Below, one piece after another: positions 26,058 through 35,673 of a stretch of DNA of 64,000 nt. The notes under the pieces were generated by a model. The model saw only the letters and a program-made list of their open reading frames with translations, had not been told where the DNA came from and ran no database searches. This DNA is from an uncultured archaeon (GTDB lineage Archaea; Thermoplasmatota; Penumbrarchaeia; JASLWR01): assembly GCA_964342815.1 (NCBI GenBank), contig CAYFHS010000021.1, forward strand, positions 1-64,000, in the 5' to 3' direction. How positions within the stretch are numbered: the first letter of the stretch is position 1; each line of letters starts with the position of its first letter. The position numbers and the translations under genes were made by a program.

Positions 26058-28805
26058 TTAATCATACTCCCAATCGTCATCATTCTGATAATCACCATGT
26101 TCCCAATCGCCATCATTCTGATAATCACCGTGTTCCCAATCGTCATCACCGTAATACGCATCATCGTAATCATCTTCATCGAATTCCTCATCATAATAAT
26201 CCTCATCAAAGTAATCGAATTCTTCACCTCTTTCGTCTTGCGCATGGGCTTTATTTGATAAGTCGCGACGTCTGGGATGCGGGGCGTATCGTTGATTTCT
26301 TTCTCTTTCCCTTTCTTCAAAATATTTTCGCTCCGATTTTGACAGGTTTAGTTTTTCCCCCTTCACTTTCCCCTTTCTTTTCTTTTTGTAAAAGAACCCA
26401 AGATATGCGCCTATTATCCCCAAAAATACTATACCGCCAAATAAGATAAAATCTTTAATAAAATCGGGAAATCTTGCACTTTTGGTGATTTTTTTGTCAT
26501 CCTTTGTATCCTCCTCTTCAGAGACCAAAATGTTCCAGCTTATGTTTTTCGACAATCCCGAATCTTCATTGGTTATCTTCAATCTAACAAAATGATCACC
26601 CGACCCCAGGATCGGATAGGTCAGCGTGGATATTCCGGTGGCATAACTCTCGTTGTCCACGTACCAAATGTATGACGAATTACCCTCGCTTTCCACATAC
26701 AGAACAGCAACCTCGTTTTCTTTTACATGCACATTTCCATCTTCGGGATAGGAGAAGCTTATTATTGGAAATTCGGGCTCAACGGGATCTTCTTTAAGCT
26801 GAAGGATCATGCTCACATTATTGCTGTGAGGACTCTCGCCGACAATATTCGTCGCAGTAACATAATAATAATATGTACCTTTGAAGACAGTTGGATCCCG
26901 ATAGATGGTCATAATGGAATTGACCTTTGCGACCCTCACCTCAGTCCCCGGGGACGAACCCCGATAGATGTTATATTCTAAAATTGGATAGCCGCCGTCA
27001 TCTTCAGGTATTTCCCAGGAAATATCCACGTAACCTTTACCCAGTGTCGCACTAAGATTGAGTGGGGAGGTTGGGACACTTTGGGGGACGATCTTTACAA
27101 TTAGGCTCGAGTCCCCTTCCCACAAGGAATTGACTGCGGTTACGGCGTAATAATAAATGACGCCGTTTCTAACCGAAGTGTCATTATACATAAGAGTGGT
27201 GGGATCAGCCGAACTAAGATTGATCAGATCATCCGAGCTGTTCCCCCTGTAAATGTTATATGAGGTCAAATTCAATCCACCGTCATTCCCTGTTTCATCC
27301 CAGGTCAGATTAACATATCCGTTGCCGGCTTCTGCTCGAATCATTCCGGGAGGTTCCGGAGGTCCCCGGGGGTTTTCAACAATTATATTACTGGGTTCGG
27401 ACTCCCCTAGTGGATTTAGAGCAGTTACAAAAAAATAATAGCTTATACCGTTTATAACAGTGGTATCGTTGTGCGAGATAGTGAACCCTATTTCCGAATC
27501 AAAATACGTTTCATTACCGGGACTGGTTCCTCTGTAGATCTTGTATCCCATTAAAACGGAGCCGCCATCGTCCTCCGGCGCTTCCCAGGATAGCTCCACA
27601 AAACCATTTCCCGTGTTCGCTTCAAGGTTTTGGGGTGGGGATGGTGTTGTAACATCTCTCATTGGTGTTGTTGCAACTCCTATGCTCGGTTCGGACTCGC
27701 CCAGCGAATTTACCGCAGTAACTATATGATAATAAGTGATCCCATTGGTTAGACCGGTATCGTTGTATGAGGTATTATCGGGGCTGGCAGAATCGAAATA
27801 GACCTCGCCCCCGTACTCGGTTCCTCTGAATATCCTGTATTCGGTTATGGCCAATCCTCCGTCATGGTCCGGTGCTTCCCAGGATAGCTGGACATAACGA
27901 TCACCCCCTTCCCCCACTAGGTTTCTTGGCAATTTCGGACGCCCCAGCGGTAATTCGGATACCTCGTTACTGGAATTTGACTCCCCCACGGTATTGATGG
28001 CAGTCACATAATAGTAGTAATTCACACCGTTCATAACAGTTGTATCATTGTATGAGAATGAAGTCCCGCTTACACTATCATATAGTATCTCTCCACCCGA
28101 GCTGGTTCCCCTGTAGATGGAATATTCAGTTATGGAAGCGTTCCCGTCGCTGGCCGAAGCTTCCCAAGATAGCTGAACAAAGCCATCGCCGGAACTGGAA
28201 ATCAGATTTTGAGGCGGTGTGGCTATGAACTGAGGCAGTGTGACTGAAATGAAATAAGAATACTGATCTCTGACCCAAAGGTTTAGATTATTATTGGGCG
28301 ACTGCTTCGAGTGAGCATTGAAAGCGTAAAGGTCGAATGTCAAGGTGTCCGCACCGGTACTATTTCCCGTGACCGACCACTGGAATGTTTCAGTATACGG
28401 GGGGAGCAGGTCGTATCTTTCCTGTGAGGGGTTCTGGATTATCACTTTCCCGTTAGAACTGGTCAGGTTAACTATTAACAGGTCTATGGTGTACCAGTGA
28501 TTTATATGCCCTCCCCCTCCATCTAAGTTGATTACCATTTTCACAATATTTGTTTCATTCAATTCAAAGGTGGTTGGCAGGACCGAAGAAGTATCTGTGG
28601 GCGTTAGATTGGTGTACTCGTAATATCGATTCCCGTGGCATCCAAGACACATGTCTACGGATGCCCTGTTCGAATCTCCCAGTATCGCAAGATCGATAGC
28701 GAGCAATGCGATCAATATCCCGCATATAACCACTATGGGTGGAGCAGCTCTTAAGCCTTTTTCTCTCCGGACTCCATGACCCGATAGACTGACTTTCATT
28801 TTCAA
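26058..28805 (-). CDS. Surface protein: N-terminal CxxCH, five fibronectin type III repeats, C-terminal TM and acidic repeat tail
   Basis: CLGCH at 28635-28649. Five repeats of P..P.NL....G.G.V.LSW..P..DGG....Y.IYRG, then a TM helix followed by KKKRKGK. Confidence 0.85.
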   Translation of the reverse strand: MKMKVSLSGHGVRREKGLRAAPPIVVICGILIALLAIDLAILGDSNRASVDMCLGCHGNRYYEYTNLTPTDTSSVLPTTFELNETNIVKMVINLDGGGGHINHWYTIDLLIVNLTSSNGKVIIQNPSQERYDLLPPYTETFQWSVTGNSTGADTLTFDLYAFNAHSKQSPNNNLNLWVRDQYSYFISVTLPQFIATPPQNLISSSGDGFVQLSWEASASDGNASITEYSIYRGTSSGGEILYDSVSGTSFSYNDTTVMNGVNYYYYVTAINTVGESNSSNEVSELPLGRPKLPRNLVGEGGDRYVQLSWEAPDHDGGLAITEYRIFRGTEYGGEVYFDSASPDNTSYNDTGLTNGITYYHIVTAVNSLGESEPSIGVATTPMRDVTTPSPPQNLEANTGNGFVELSWEAPEDDGGSVLMGYKIYRGTSPGNETYFDSEIGFTISHNDTTVINGISYYFFVTALNPLGESEPSNIIVENPRGPPEPPGMIRAEAGNGYVNLTWDETGNDGGLNLTSYNIYRGNSSDDLINLSSADPTTLMYNDTSVRNGVIYYYAVTAVNSLWEGDSSLIVKIVPQSVPTSPLNLSATLGKGYVDISWEIPEDDGGYPILEYNIYRGSSPGTEVRVAKVNSIMTIYRDPTVFKGTYYYYVTATNIVGESPHSNNVSMILQLKEDPVEPEFPIISFSYPEDGNVHVKENEVAVLYVESEGNSSYIWYVDNESYATGISTLTYPILGSGDHFVRLKITNEDSGLSKNISWNILVSEEEDTKDDKKITKSARFPDFIKDFILFGGIVFLGIIGAYLGFFYKKKRKGKVKGEKLNLSKSERKYFEERERERNQRYAPHPRRRDLSNKAHAQDERGEEFDYFDEDYYDEEFDEDDYDDAYYGDDDWEHGDYQNDGDWEHGDYQNDDDWEYD
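26068..26150. repeat. 33-nt tandem repeat (about 2.5 copies) encoding DWEHGDYQND(G/D)
   Basis: tcccaatcg(t/c)catcattctgataatcacc(a/g)tgt at 26068-26100 and 26101-26133, with a partial third copy from 26134. Confidence 0.9.
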
Positions 28806-29149
28806 TCACCCACCGTTATCGATATTTACCTGCACATTCTCAATTTCAGAGTCCCCGTCAATGAACGTGACAGGTTTGTGATTACCTTCCCGCACCGAGC
28901 TGGTGGGAATGATAAATCCTCCAAAACATAAGGCCAATCTTGTTATTAAAAGTATCGTGAATTCCTGTTTTATCATTTTAAATCATCCTGGGAATCCAAT
29001 GATTATTAGTATATTAATGAGATTTGGTACAAAAGTTGGACTGAATGGGGTTTGTACCATAAGCCTTATATAGCGATGAAAATTTTTAGACCGGGTTGTT
29101 TCCCCGTTCTTTTTGTAGCAGTAAGCATATTTGCTGAAGGCTATTTCGG

Positions 29150-30604
29150 CTAGGACTGTTTTTCGTAGATATCAATATATCTTTCCCTCAATTCGAGATA
29201 TACTTCTTCATCAAGGGAGCCGGATTCATAATCGTCTTCCAGGCCCATTAATGCTTCGAGGGATTTCCGTTTCCGTTCACCCGTTTTTTCCTCATTTATG
29301 TCATGGCTTATTCGCTCGGATGAATTTTCAGAGGTATTGGTAACATTATCCATCTTCCTCGTCAAGCGTTTCCTGAGTATTATGAAAATGGTGAGAACAA
29401 TACCGATTGCCACCAGCATCAATGTTATGGCAAGCTGATTATCACTATTACGCCCGCCATCCTGATTATCGTCCGCTTTTTTCTCTCCGGTGTTGGGCAA
29501 TGCTCCCATGAGCTCGAAACTTATCTCTGTTCCCTGGTCTCCCTCCCATTCTCCGTAGTAGTAATCACTATTACCTGAAGACCTCTTCTGAAAAGATATT
29601 TCCTCAATTCCCACCGGCGGCCCCGTCTTCGGAATCACGAAAACCCTCATAAGTGAAGTGCCATAAAGCGTTTCTTTTGAAATTTTTATGGTTCCGTTCT
29701 CCGTGGGTTCGAACATTTTCTCATATAACGAGAAAAAGTGCAGCATATAATTTGCCTTGATATAAACGAAGAATGTCTTTTTTTCATTGCTTTCCAGGTT
29801 GATGTCAGGGATGCCGTTTTTATTGGAATCGAATGTTGAAGCGGCTTCCCAATATCCATCATGATCGCTATCGTATCCCACCAGTGTATCGTTATTGTTC
29901 AGCCATCCGTCTTCGTTGCTGTCCGCGTACATTTCCAAGGTCAGCCCGGCGGGGATACCGGAGTTATTGATTTCATAGATCGATCTTTTACCGGCATTGT
30001 TCACCACGGAGAAGTTCAGGATGGATTTCCAGCCTCTGGTAAAACCCTCCCGTACCCATCCCCATTCATCGGTTTCAACCATAATGTCGGAATCCGTGGA
30101 GCCCGAATCGACCTTTCGGGTATAGCTAGTGGTGTCTTCGGGTTCGTCGATGGAACGGGCCTCTATCTCGAAATCAAATTGTTTAGCATAGTTTTCCGGA
30201 AGGATCACATTTTGCGTATCCCAGTAGTAATTATTTCTATCACGGCTCCAGCCGAAACAACTGTGTCCACCGGTCTCCGAGACCTTGCACGTCATCCCCT
30301 CACTTGTATCGATATCGTCCGGAAGCCAGTTGTAGACAAGACCGTAATAGGGTTTACTGCCCCGATTTCGTATCCAGAACTCATCTTGAACAGATATTCT
30401 ATTGAGATCATTCTCTTGTGTTAGGCTTATTCTGTGCTCGGCCACTTCAAGATTGTCAAAGCCCTGGCCGTCACCCGATCTTGAGATAAGCAGGGAGGGT
30501 GTAATCCCGGCGGCATTGTCCGCACCAATCCCCGGATTTATCAGAATACCCAATAATAGAACGAAGCTGAAAAATAGAATGGACCGGCCCCTGCCAATAT
30601 TCAT
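29150..30604 (-). CDS. Exported membrane-anchored protein with a C-terminal short helical motif, ccm-operon accessory
   Basis: Signal peptide, large ectodomain with CKVSETGGHSC, TM helix, and tail LEDDYESGSLDEEVYLELRERY. Confidence 0.75.
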   Translation of the reverse strand: MNIGRGRSILFFSFVLLLGILINPGIGADNAAGITPSLLISRSGDGQGFDNLEVAEHRISLTQENDLNRISVQDEFWIRNRGSKPYYGLVYNWLPDDIDTSEGMTCKVSETGGHSCFGWSRDRNNYYWDTQNVILPENYAKQFDFEIEARSIDEPEDTTSYTRKVDSGSTDSDIMVETDEWGWVREGFTRGWKSILNFSVVNNAGKRSIYEINNSGIPAGLTLEMYADSNEDGWLNNNDTLVGYDSDHDGYWEAASTFDSNKNGIPDINLESNEKKTFFVYIKANYMLHFFSLYEKMFEPTENGTIKISKETLYGTSLMRVFVIPKTGPPVGIEEISFQKRSSGNSDYYYGEWEGDQGTEISFELMGALPNTGEKKADDNQDGGRNSDNQLAITLMLVAIGIVLTIFIILRKRLTRKMDNVTNTSENSSERISHDINEEKTGERKRKSLEALMGLEDDYESGSLDEEVYLELRERYIDIYEKQS

Positions 30605-30609
30605 TGCCT

Positions 30610-31893
30610 TTACTCCTTTATCCGATCGATCTCCTTGAGAATTTCGATTGTCTGTTTTTTATATACTCCCACCATTTCCTCATACAGTTCTTCATCGAGA
30701 ACACCGGTTTCCCGGTCATCTTCCAGTTTGCTGATGGCTTTCAGCATTCTTTCCTTCTTGAGGAGCAATTCTCTCATTTCTTTACTCTCAGCTTTCGAGG
30801 CATTTTGGGTGGATTCTTCATCAAATTCAGCGATCCTTTTTTTGATTTTTTTCAATTTGAGTTTATATTCGCCTCGAAGCTCGTCGAAAATCTCCTTGGA
30901 AATAAGACCGCTCTTGTAATCCTTTTTCAGTCGTTCGGTGGTTTTGAGTATCTTTTTGATCTCACCGGTTAGTTCACTCCTATCCTCCACAGAAGACACC
31001 GTTTCGACCTTTTCATCCGCCGGTTCCGGATCGTGTTCGCTTTCCTGTACTGCCCATTTACTTGCGGCCCTTTTTTGCCTTGTAGATGTTTTCGTTCCAA
31101 CAGAGTGAGTTCCCGCTTCCTCTTGGATAGTTTGATTTTTATTACCTTTTTTATAGATGAACATGATAATTACAAAGCCAATCGCGATTATAATTAGAAT
31201 ATAGATGAACATTTTCGTCGAGTTTTCCGATGATACTTTCACAGGTCCCGGATCTGTATCATCGTCCCCGGCGTTCAGATCTTTCGAAAAGCTGAATGAT
31301 ATCCCTTCGCCCTGTATCTTTGACAGGGTTACGCTGTGCTGGGTAACATATTTATTTGAACTGGCAAGGTATATAAGTTCAAGATCGTTCTCTCCCTTTA
31401 CCTGTGTATCTTCGAAGGGTTCGAAAGTTATCAATATGTTCTCATTGTCATAAAGAAAGGTCTTTCCGAAAAGGTTTTTTTCAGCTATGGGATACTCCAG
31501 AGTATATGAAAAGGCCATCTGAAGGATTTCACCGGGTTTGAGTGATACATTGCCGGTAGTATTGACATACAGAAAATTGCTGACCGGATGTACTTTCAAG
31601 TTGTACGTTTTTTCATTATATATGACACTAAATGCTCGGATTTCCTTCAATATATTCCCTGGTTGGGACCAGGTATATATTTTTCCTGAAAAATCTTCAT
31701 CACCGGTGTTGTTGAACCAGATATTTTCATCTACCAGGAGAGTTGTCTGTGATGTCTGCTCGATTGTAATGTAATGATTGTCCACGATCAGCGATGCCGC
31801 AAAATTGGGCATTTCATCCCCTTCGGAGCCGTGCTGCGCCGATAAGGTGGGACTGATAAGCGTAAAACTTGCGAATATTATAATGGTCATCAT
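30610..31893 (-). CDS. Exported membrane-anchored protein with two C-terminal short helical motifs, ccm-operon accessory
   Basis: Signal, ectodomain and TM helix, then LKKDYKSGLISKEIFDELRGEY and LEDDRETGVLDEELYEEMVGVY. Its N-terminal region (H.I.I.Q...V.E..W..N.G...Y.G.IY.W.P) resembles that of 29150..30604. Confidence 0.75.
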   Translation of the reverse strand: MMTIIIFASFTLISPTLSAQHGSEGDEMPNFAASLIVDNHYITIEQTSQTTLLVDENIWFNNTGDEDFSGKIYTWSQPGNILKEIRAFSVIYNEKTYNLKVHPVSNFLYVNTTGNVSLKPGEILQMAFSYTLEYPIAEKNLFGKTFLYDNENILITFEPFEDTQVKGENDLELIYLASSNKYVTQHSVTLSKIQGEGISFSFSKDLNAGDDDTDPGPVKVSSENSTKMFIYILIIIAIGFVIIMFIYKKGNKNQTIQEEAGTHSVGTKTSTRQKRAASKWAVQESEHDPEPADEKVETVSSVEDRSELTGEIKKILKTTERLKKDYKSGLISKEIFDELRGEYKLKLKKIKKRIAEFDEESTQNASKAESKEMRELLLKKERMLKAISKLEDDRETGVLDEELYEEMVGVYKKQTIEILKEIDRIKE

Positions 31894-31948
31894 GGTAAAT
31901 ATGCGAATAATTCTTGATCAAAAATTCTCAACTTTTCTCATGTGCTAA

Positions 31949-34648
31949 TCAACTCCTAAATCTTTTCAATTCTTCTTCCAACATCTTTTCATAATCATTT
32001 TCAATCTCCGTCCCAATCGCCTTTTCGATGGGGATCTCGCTTCTTTTCTTAAGAGGCCTCGTGAAAGGTTTCCGCGCATGTTTCTTTTTTGTGGGGAAAT
32101 AATCCACCAGGGTTCTGATGGTTATGCCAAGTACAAATAATATCATACCAGCCCAGAGTGCGTTCATACCGGGAATGGTCTTAGCTGTGACGCGGACCTC
32201 GTTGTCCCTGATTCCATTGAAACTGACATAGAGATCCTCCTTGAACATTTGATTTACATAAATGGCGGATTTCGTAAGACCTGTAAATCGGTGTTTTCCA
32301 TGAACATTAAAATAGTCTCCCATATCTTCGATAATAAAGCTTCTGTCGTCATCCTCCAATATTACAAATTTGTTTATTTGTTTTGTCTCAAATTCTTTTT
32401 TCGCCGCACTGTATACGCGTTTAAAGTGCGGCCCCATTCCAGTTGATATTTTCGCCTCATCACTTAATTGGACTCCGTTTTTCTCAAATTCATTACGAAT
32501 TATGGAATCAACCGGGCCAGCTTTCAAGCTCTCCCGATAACCCGATGATAGACGTAATAACCATTCCCGAATATCATATTTTCCATTGCGACTGTAAATC
32601 ATACCCATTTTGCCTTCTTCGATGAAATCATTCTCTTCATAAACTTCAATACTTACATCCCAGGTATCCCAGTATTCGTTGGATTCCTTATCGCCGGTAT
32701 CTTCAGTTATATCGATCGACGTAAGTTTGAGTCTATAAGAATCGATGATGATCGTGTCTTTAAATACAGTTATTCCTCCCATGGAAACCTCAAGTCGGTA
32801 CTCTACGGCACCGTCAATTATTTTCCACGTATTTTCATCGAGGGGTATGATTTTTGGGTTTGGTGATGATAATGGTACATCATATGCTTCAAAGGCTTCG
32901 GAAAGTTTTTCCGCTACAGGTCCTTCCGTTAAATAACTGCTATAACTCACAGATAAGGTGAATAAGGCACCTGTCTTAACCCAGTCGTTCGTCTCTATTG
33001 TCATTGTTTGACTGACCCCGTAACCGATGAATAATAATCCCACTCCAAGATGAATGAGATGCGGACTGGTTGTTTTCAACGTGTTTTTAAGGGAACGAAA
33101 ATTGACAAGTTTTATTATTTTATAAATTGAGGCGAAAATTGCTAGAAGGCAAAAAGGGATCAGAAACCCAATTACGTGATGCGTGGATATGAAATCGAAG
33201 TAGAACATTTCCGCCTTGCCCGGGAATAGGTATTTGGGGAGGAACAATGCACACACAATTCCTCCCAAGAAGGTCCATCCAATGATGTACATGGTATTTT
33301 CTTTTCCAAAATACCTCCAGCATAGACAAACTCCCATGGTGATCAACAAAAGAATAAGAAAGGGAGCATATCGGGTCTCGTAAAACCTCTGGTCTATCTT
33401 CCCCATGGTAAAGACCAAGCCGATTATCGTAACGATGGTAAGGATAGCAAAAAGCAATATTGTCGCTTGCATGCTCAGGGAATCCCATCTATTCTTGTAA
33501 TTCGTCTTGGGTTCATCGAGGACTTCAGTGCGATCTCTTGTGAAAATAGACATAATGATGATTATGGCGCTCACGATCAGAGTGGTTATCATGGCCGCGA
33601 TGAGAATCCACCCAATCTTGGTTTCGGACCAGGCGTGAACGGATTCCCACATGCCGCTTCTAGTAATAAATGTGGCGAATATGACCAATAAAAATGTAAT
33701 GGCTCCTAGGATCGGCGTTATGAAAACATATTCCTTTTTTCGTTTATTCATCAATTGAGTATGCAGAAAAGCAGAGAGCGTTATCCACGGAACGAGAGAT
33801 CCGACTTCCACGGGATCCCATGCCCAGTATCCGCCCCATCCCAGGGCCACGTAGGCCCAGCCTGCACCCACACAAATACCCAGTGTCAGGAACAACCAGG
33901 CAAGCCTGCTCCATTGCAAGGAGACGTTTGTCCATTTTTTATCCCCGGTGATGGAGTAAGAAAGACTTGATGCAAAGGGAATTGTGATGAAAGCGTATCC
34001 AATGAATAGCAGTGGCGGATGGATCACCATCCAGAGATTACGAAGCATTGGATTTCCGCCGAGCCCTCCGGGGTTGAGAACTCGCGGGTCTGTTGGTATT
34101 ACCGTTCCGTCAGCTTTAGTAATGTCTATAAAATGATTGGTTATTGCATCGAACGGATCTTTGACTACGAGGAGAATTAAGAATACTAGGATGACCCCGA
34201 GGACAATGGTTCTTGTAAAATCATAGGTTCTATCGACCGTCTCTGTGTTGTTTTCGTCATCAGTGTCATTCGAATCCAGAAGGAACGGTCTGTTTTTTCT
34301 GTTTTTTAAATGCTGGATCAGTTCCTGGACTCCAAGGGGGATTGTAATGAGCCATACCCATAGAAGAAATGATCCCTCCTGTCCGGCCCAAGTCCCGGAA
34401 ATCTTGAGATACCAGGGAAAGTTCTTTGCTGTGTTGTTCCAAACATAAAATATGTCGAAATTCGTTGTAATGAAGTAATATACGAGCAAAAAGTATGCCA
34501 GGCTTATCGTGGCCACAACTCCGATGGCTGCGATAATGGCAAATTGTCGATAATTTCGGTCCCTGGTAAAATGGTGAATTATCGACGTTAAGAACGCACC
34601 GCCGCAAAGAAACAACGATGCCCATAATAGAAACGTTCCAGGATTCAT
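31949..34648 (-). CDS. ccmF: Cytochrome c synthetase CcmF with enlarged C-terminal external loop
   Basis: WAGQEGSFLLW, HPPLLFIGYA, WWD loop WAYVALGWGGYWAWDPVE, and further His in AFLHT, SVHAW and LIHLG. Start placed at ATG 34648; the ORF is open from 34729. Confidence 0.95.
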   Translation of the reverse strand: MNPGTFLLWASLFLCGGAFLTSIIHHFTRDRNYRQFAIIAAIGVVATISLAYFLLVYYFITTNFDIFYVWNNTAKNFPWYLKISGTWAGQEGSFLLWVWLITIPLGVQELIQHLKNRKNRPFLLDSNDTDDENNTETVDRTYDFTRTIVLGVILVFLILLVVKDPFDAITNHFIDITKADGTVIPTDPRVLNPGGLGGNPMLRNLWMVIHPPLLFIGYAFITIPFASSLSYSITGDKKWTNVSLQWSRLAWLFLTLGICVGAGWAYVALGWGGYWAWDPVEVGSLVPWITLSAFLHTQLMNKRKKEYVFITPILGAITFLLVIFATFITRSGMWESVHAWSETKIGWILIAAMITTLIVSAIIIIMSIFTRDRTEVLDEPKTNYKNRWDSLSMQATILLFAILTIVTIIGLVFTMGKIDQRFYETRYAPFLILLLITMGVCLCWRYFGKENTMYIIGWTFLGGIVCALFLPKYLFPGKAEMFYFDFISTHHVIGFLIPFCLLAIFASIYKIIKLVNFRSLKNTLKTTSPHLIHLGVGLLFIGYGVSQTMTIETNDWVKTGALFTLSVSYSSYLTEGPVAEKLSEAFEAYDVPLSSPNPKIIPLDENTWKIIDGAVEYRLEVSMGGITVFKDTIIIDSYRLKLTSIDITEDTGDKESNEYWDTWDVSIEVYEENDFIEEGKMGMIYSRNGKYDIREWLLRLSSGYRESLKAGPVDSIIRNEFEKNGVQLSDEAKISTGMGPHFKRVYSAAKKEFETKQINKFVILEDDDRSFIIEDMGDYFNVHGKHRFTGLTKSAIYVNQMFKEDLYVSFNGIRDNEVRVTAKTIPGMNALWAGMILFVLGITIRTLVDYFPTKKKHARKPFTRPLKKRSEIPIEKAIGTEIENDYEKMLEEELKRFRS

Positions 34649-34730
34649 TTTTACACCGATCAAATCACAGTATTCAGGGATCAACACGTGAAAATCTTTT
34701 TCTATTTTATCCACAACAACAGTCTTCAAA

Positions 34731-35048
34731 TTATCTTGAATATCTTATATCACCGTTTTCGATATTTATGGTTGTCGATAGTTCCTTCACCTCGTGTTTC
34801 CAGTCATTTTCGACCCGTACTTTGTATTCGAAATCATAATTTTCGGGTACTTCGGTGGGTGCGTCTAGTATCGGGGAAAAGGCAATGAAACCGGAATGAC
34901 ATGATCCGCATTCGTCATTCTGACGAGACGGGCCGGCTGCCAATGATGGCGCAGCAGGCAGAGAGCTGAGAAACACCGCGATAACCAGTGCGGTCATCGC
35001 AATGATCATGCATAATGTTCTTTTGTTCATCATTATATCCCGGACCAA
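34731..35048 (-). CDS. Short exported CxxCH protein, possibly truncated or frameshifted
   Basis: Signal peptide, then CGSCH (34896-34910). The following region resembles the N-domain of 15239..16699 but ends after 105 aa. Confidence 0.6.
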   Translation of the reverse strand: MVRDIMMNKRTLCMIIAMTALVIAVFLSSLPAAPSLAAGPSRQNDECGSCHSGFIAFSPILDAPTEVPENYDFEYKVRVENDWKHEVKELSTTINIENGDIRYSR

Positions 35049-35184
35049 TGAGCAATCTAATATTAGTTCATAAACCTTTTGAGTACATTATCAAGGAAAT
35101 ATTCATATTGGATAAATGTATCACTGTTATGAGGGAAATTCACGTATAAATAGTGTTTTTTAGTCTGTTAATGGAGGGCGTATT

Positions 35185-35673
35185 ATGAACGTAAAAGAGA
35201 TATTTGACCCGAATTACAAGTGCACCTGCGTCCTCTGCTGTTTTTTCAATCTTAAACCTATCCATGTATCGGTATACCGGTATCTTGTCAAATACGGCGA
35301 AAAGAATGCGCAGGAAATTGGGAATTTCCTGGGCAGGGACCGAAGTACCGCATACCGGGTGCTGACCAAGCTGTGTTCTTTCGATATTCTTTACAAGAAA
35401 ACCGAATTCATCCCCCGGGGCGGGTACTATCATGTCTATGCTGCCAAGGACCCAATAGAGCTTATGGAGGATTTGAGAATTAACATCACAAAGTGGTACG
35501 AGCGAATGATATCTCTGATAGAAGAAGCGGAGAAAACCACGGGAACTCTTAAGGGCTTGACCCACCATTTCAATAAAAGAGCCATCTTCAGCGAGACCGT
35601 TAGGGAAATGATACGGGAGGAAAATACCCAAACTGTTGAGCAGGAGCAGGCCGACAAAGAAACTGCCTCCTGA
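35185..35673 (+). CDS. TrmB-like winged-helix transcriptional regulator
   Basis: HTH region NAQEIGNFLGRDRSTAYRVLTKL and wing RGGYYHVY. It is divergent from the ccm operon. Confidence 0.8.
   Translation: MNVKEIFDPNYKCTCVLCCFFNLKPIHVSVYRYLVKYGEKNAQEIGNFLGRDRSTAYRVLTKLCSFDILYKKTEFIPRGGYYHVYAAKDPIELMEDLRINITKWYERMISLIEEAEKTTGTLKGLTHHFNKRAIFSETVREMIREENTQTVEQEQADKETAS

Noticed and set aside
26068-26150. 33-nt repeats as a CRISPR array
   Set aside because: The units are directly adjacent with no spacers, keep the reading frame of a CDS tail, and there are no cas genes.
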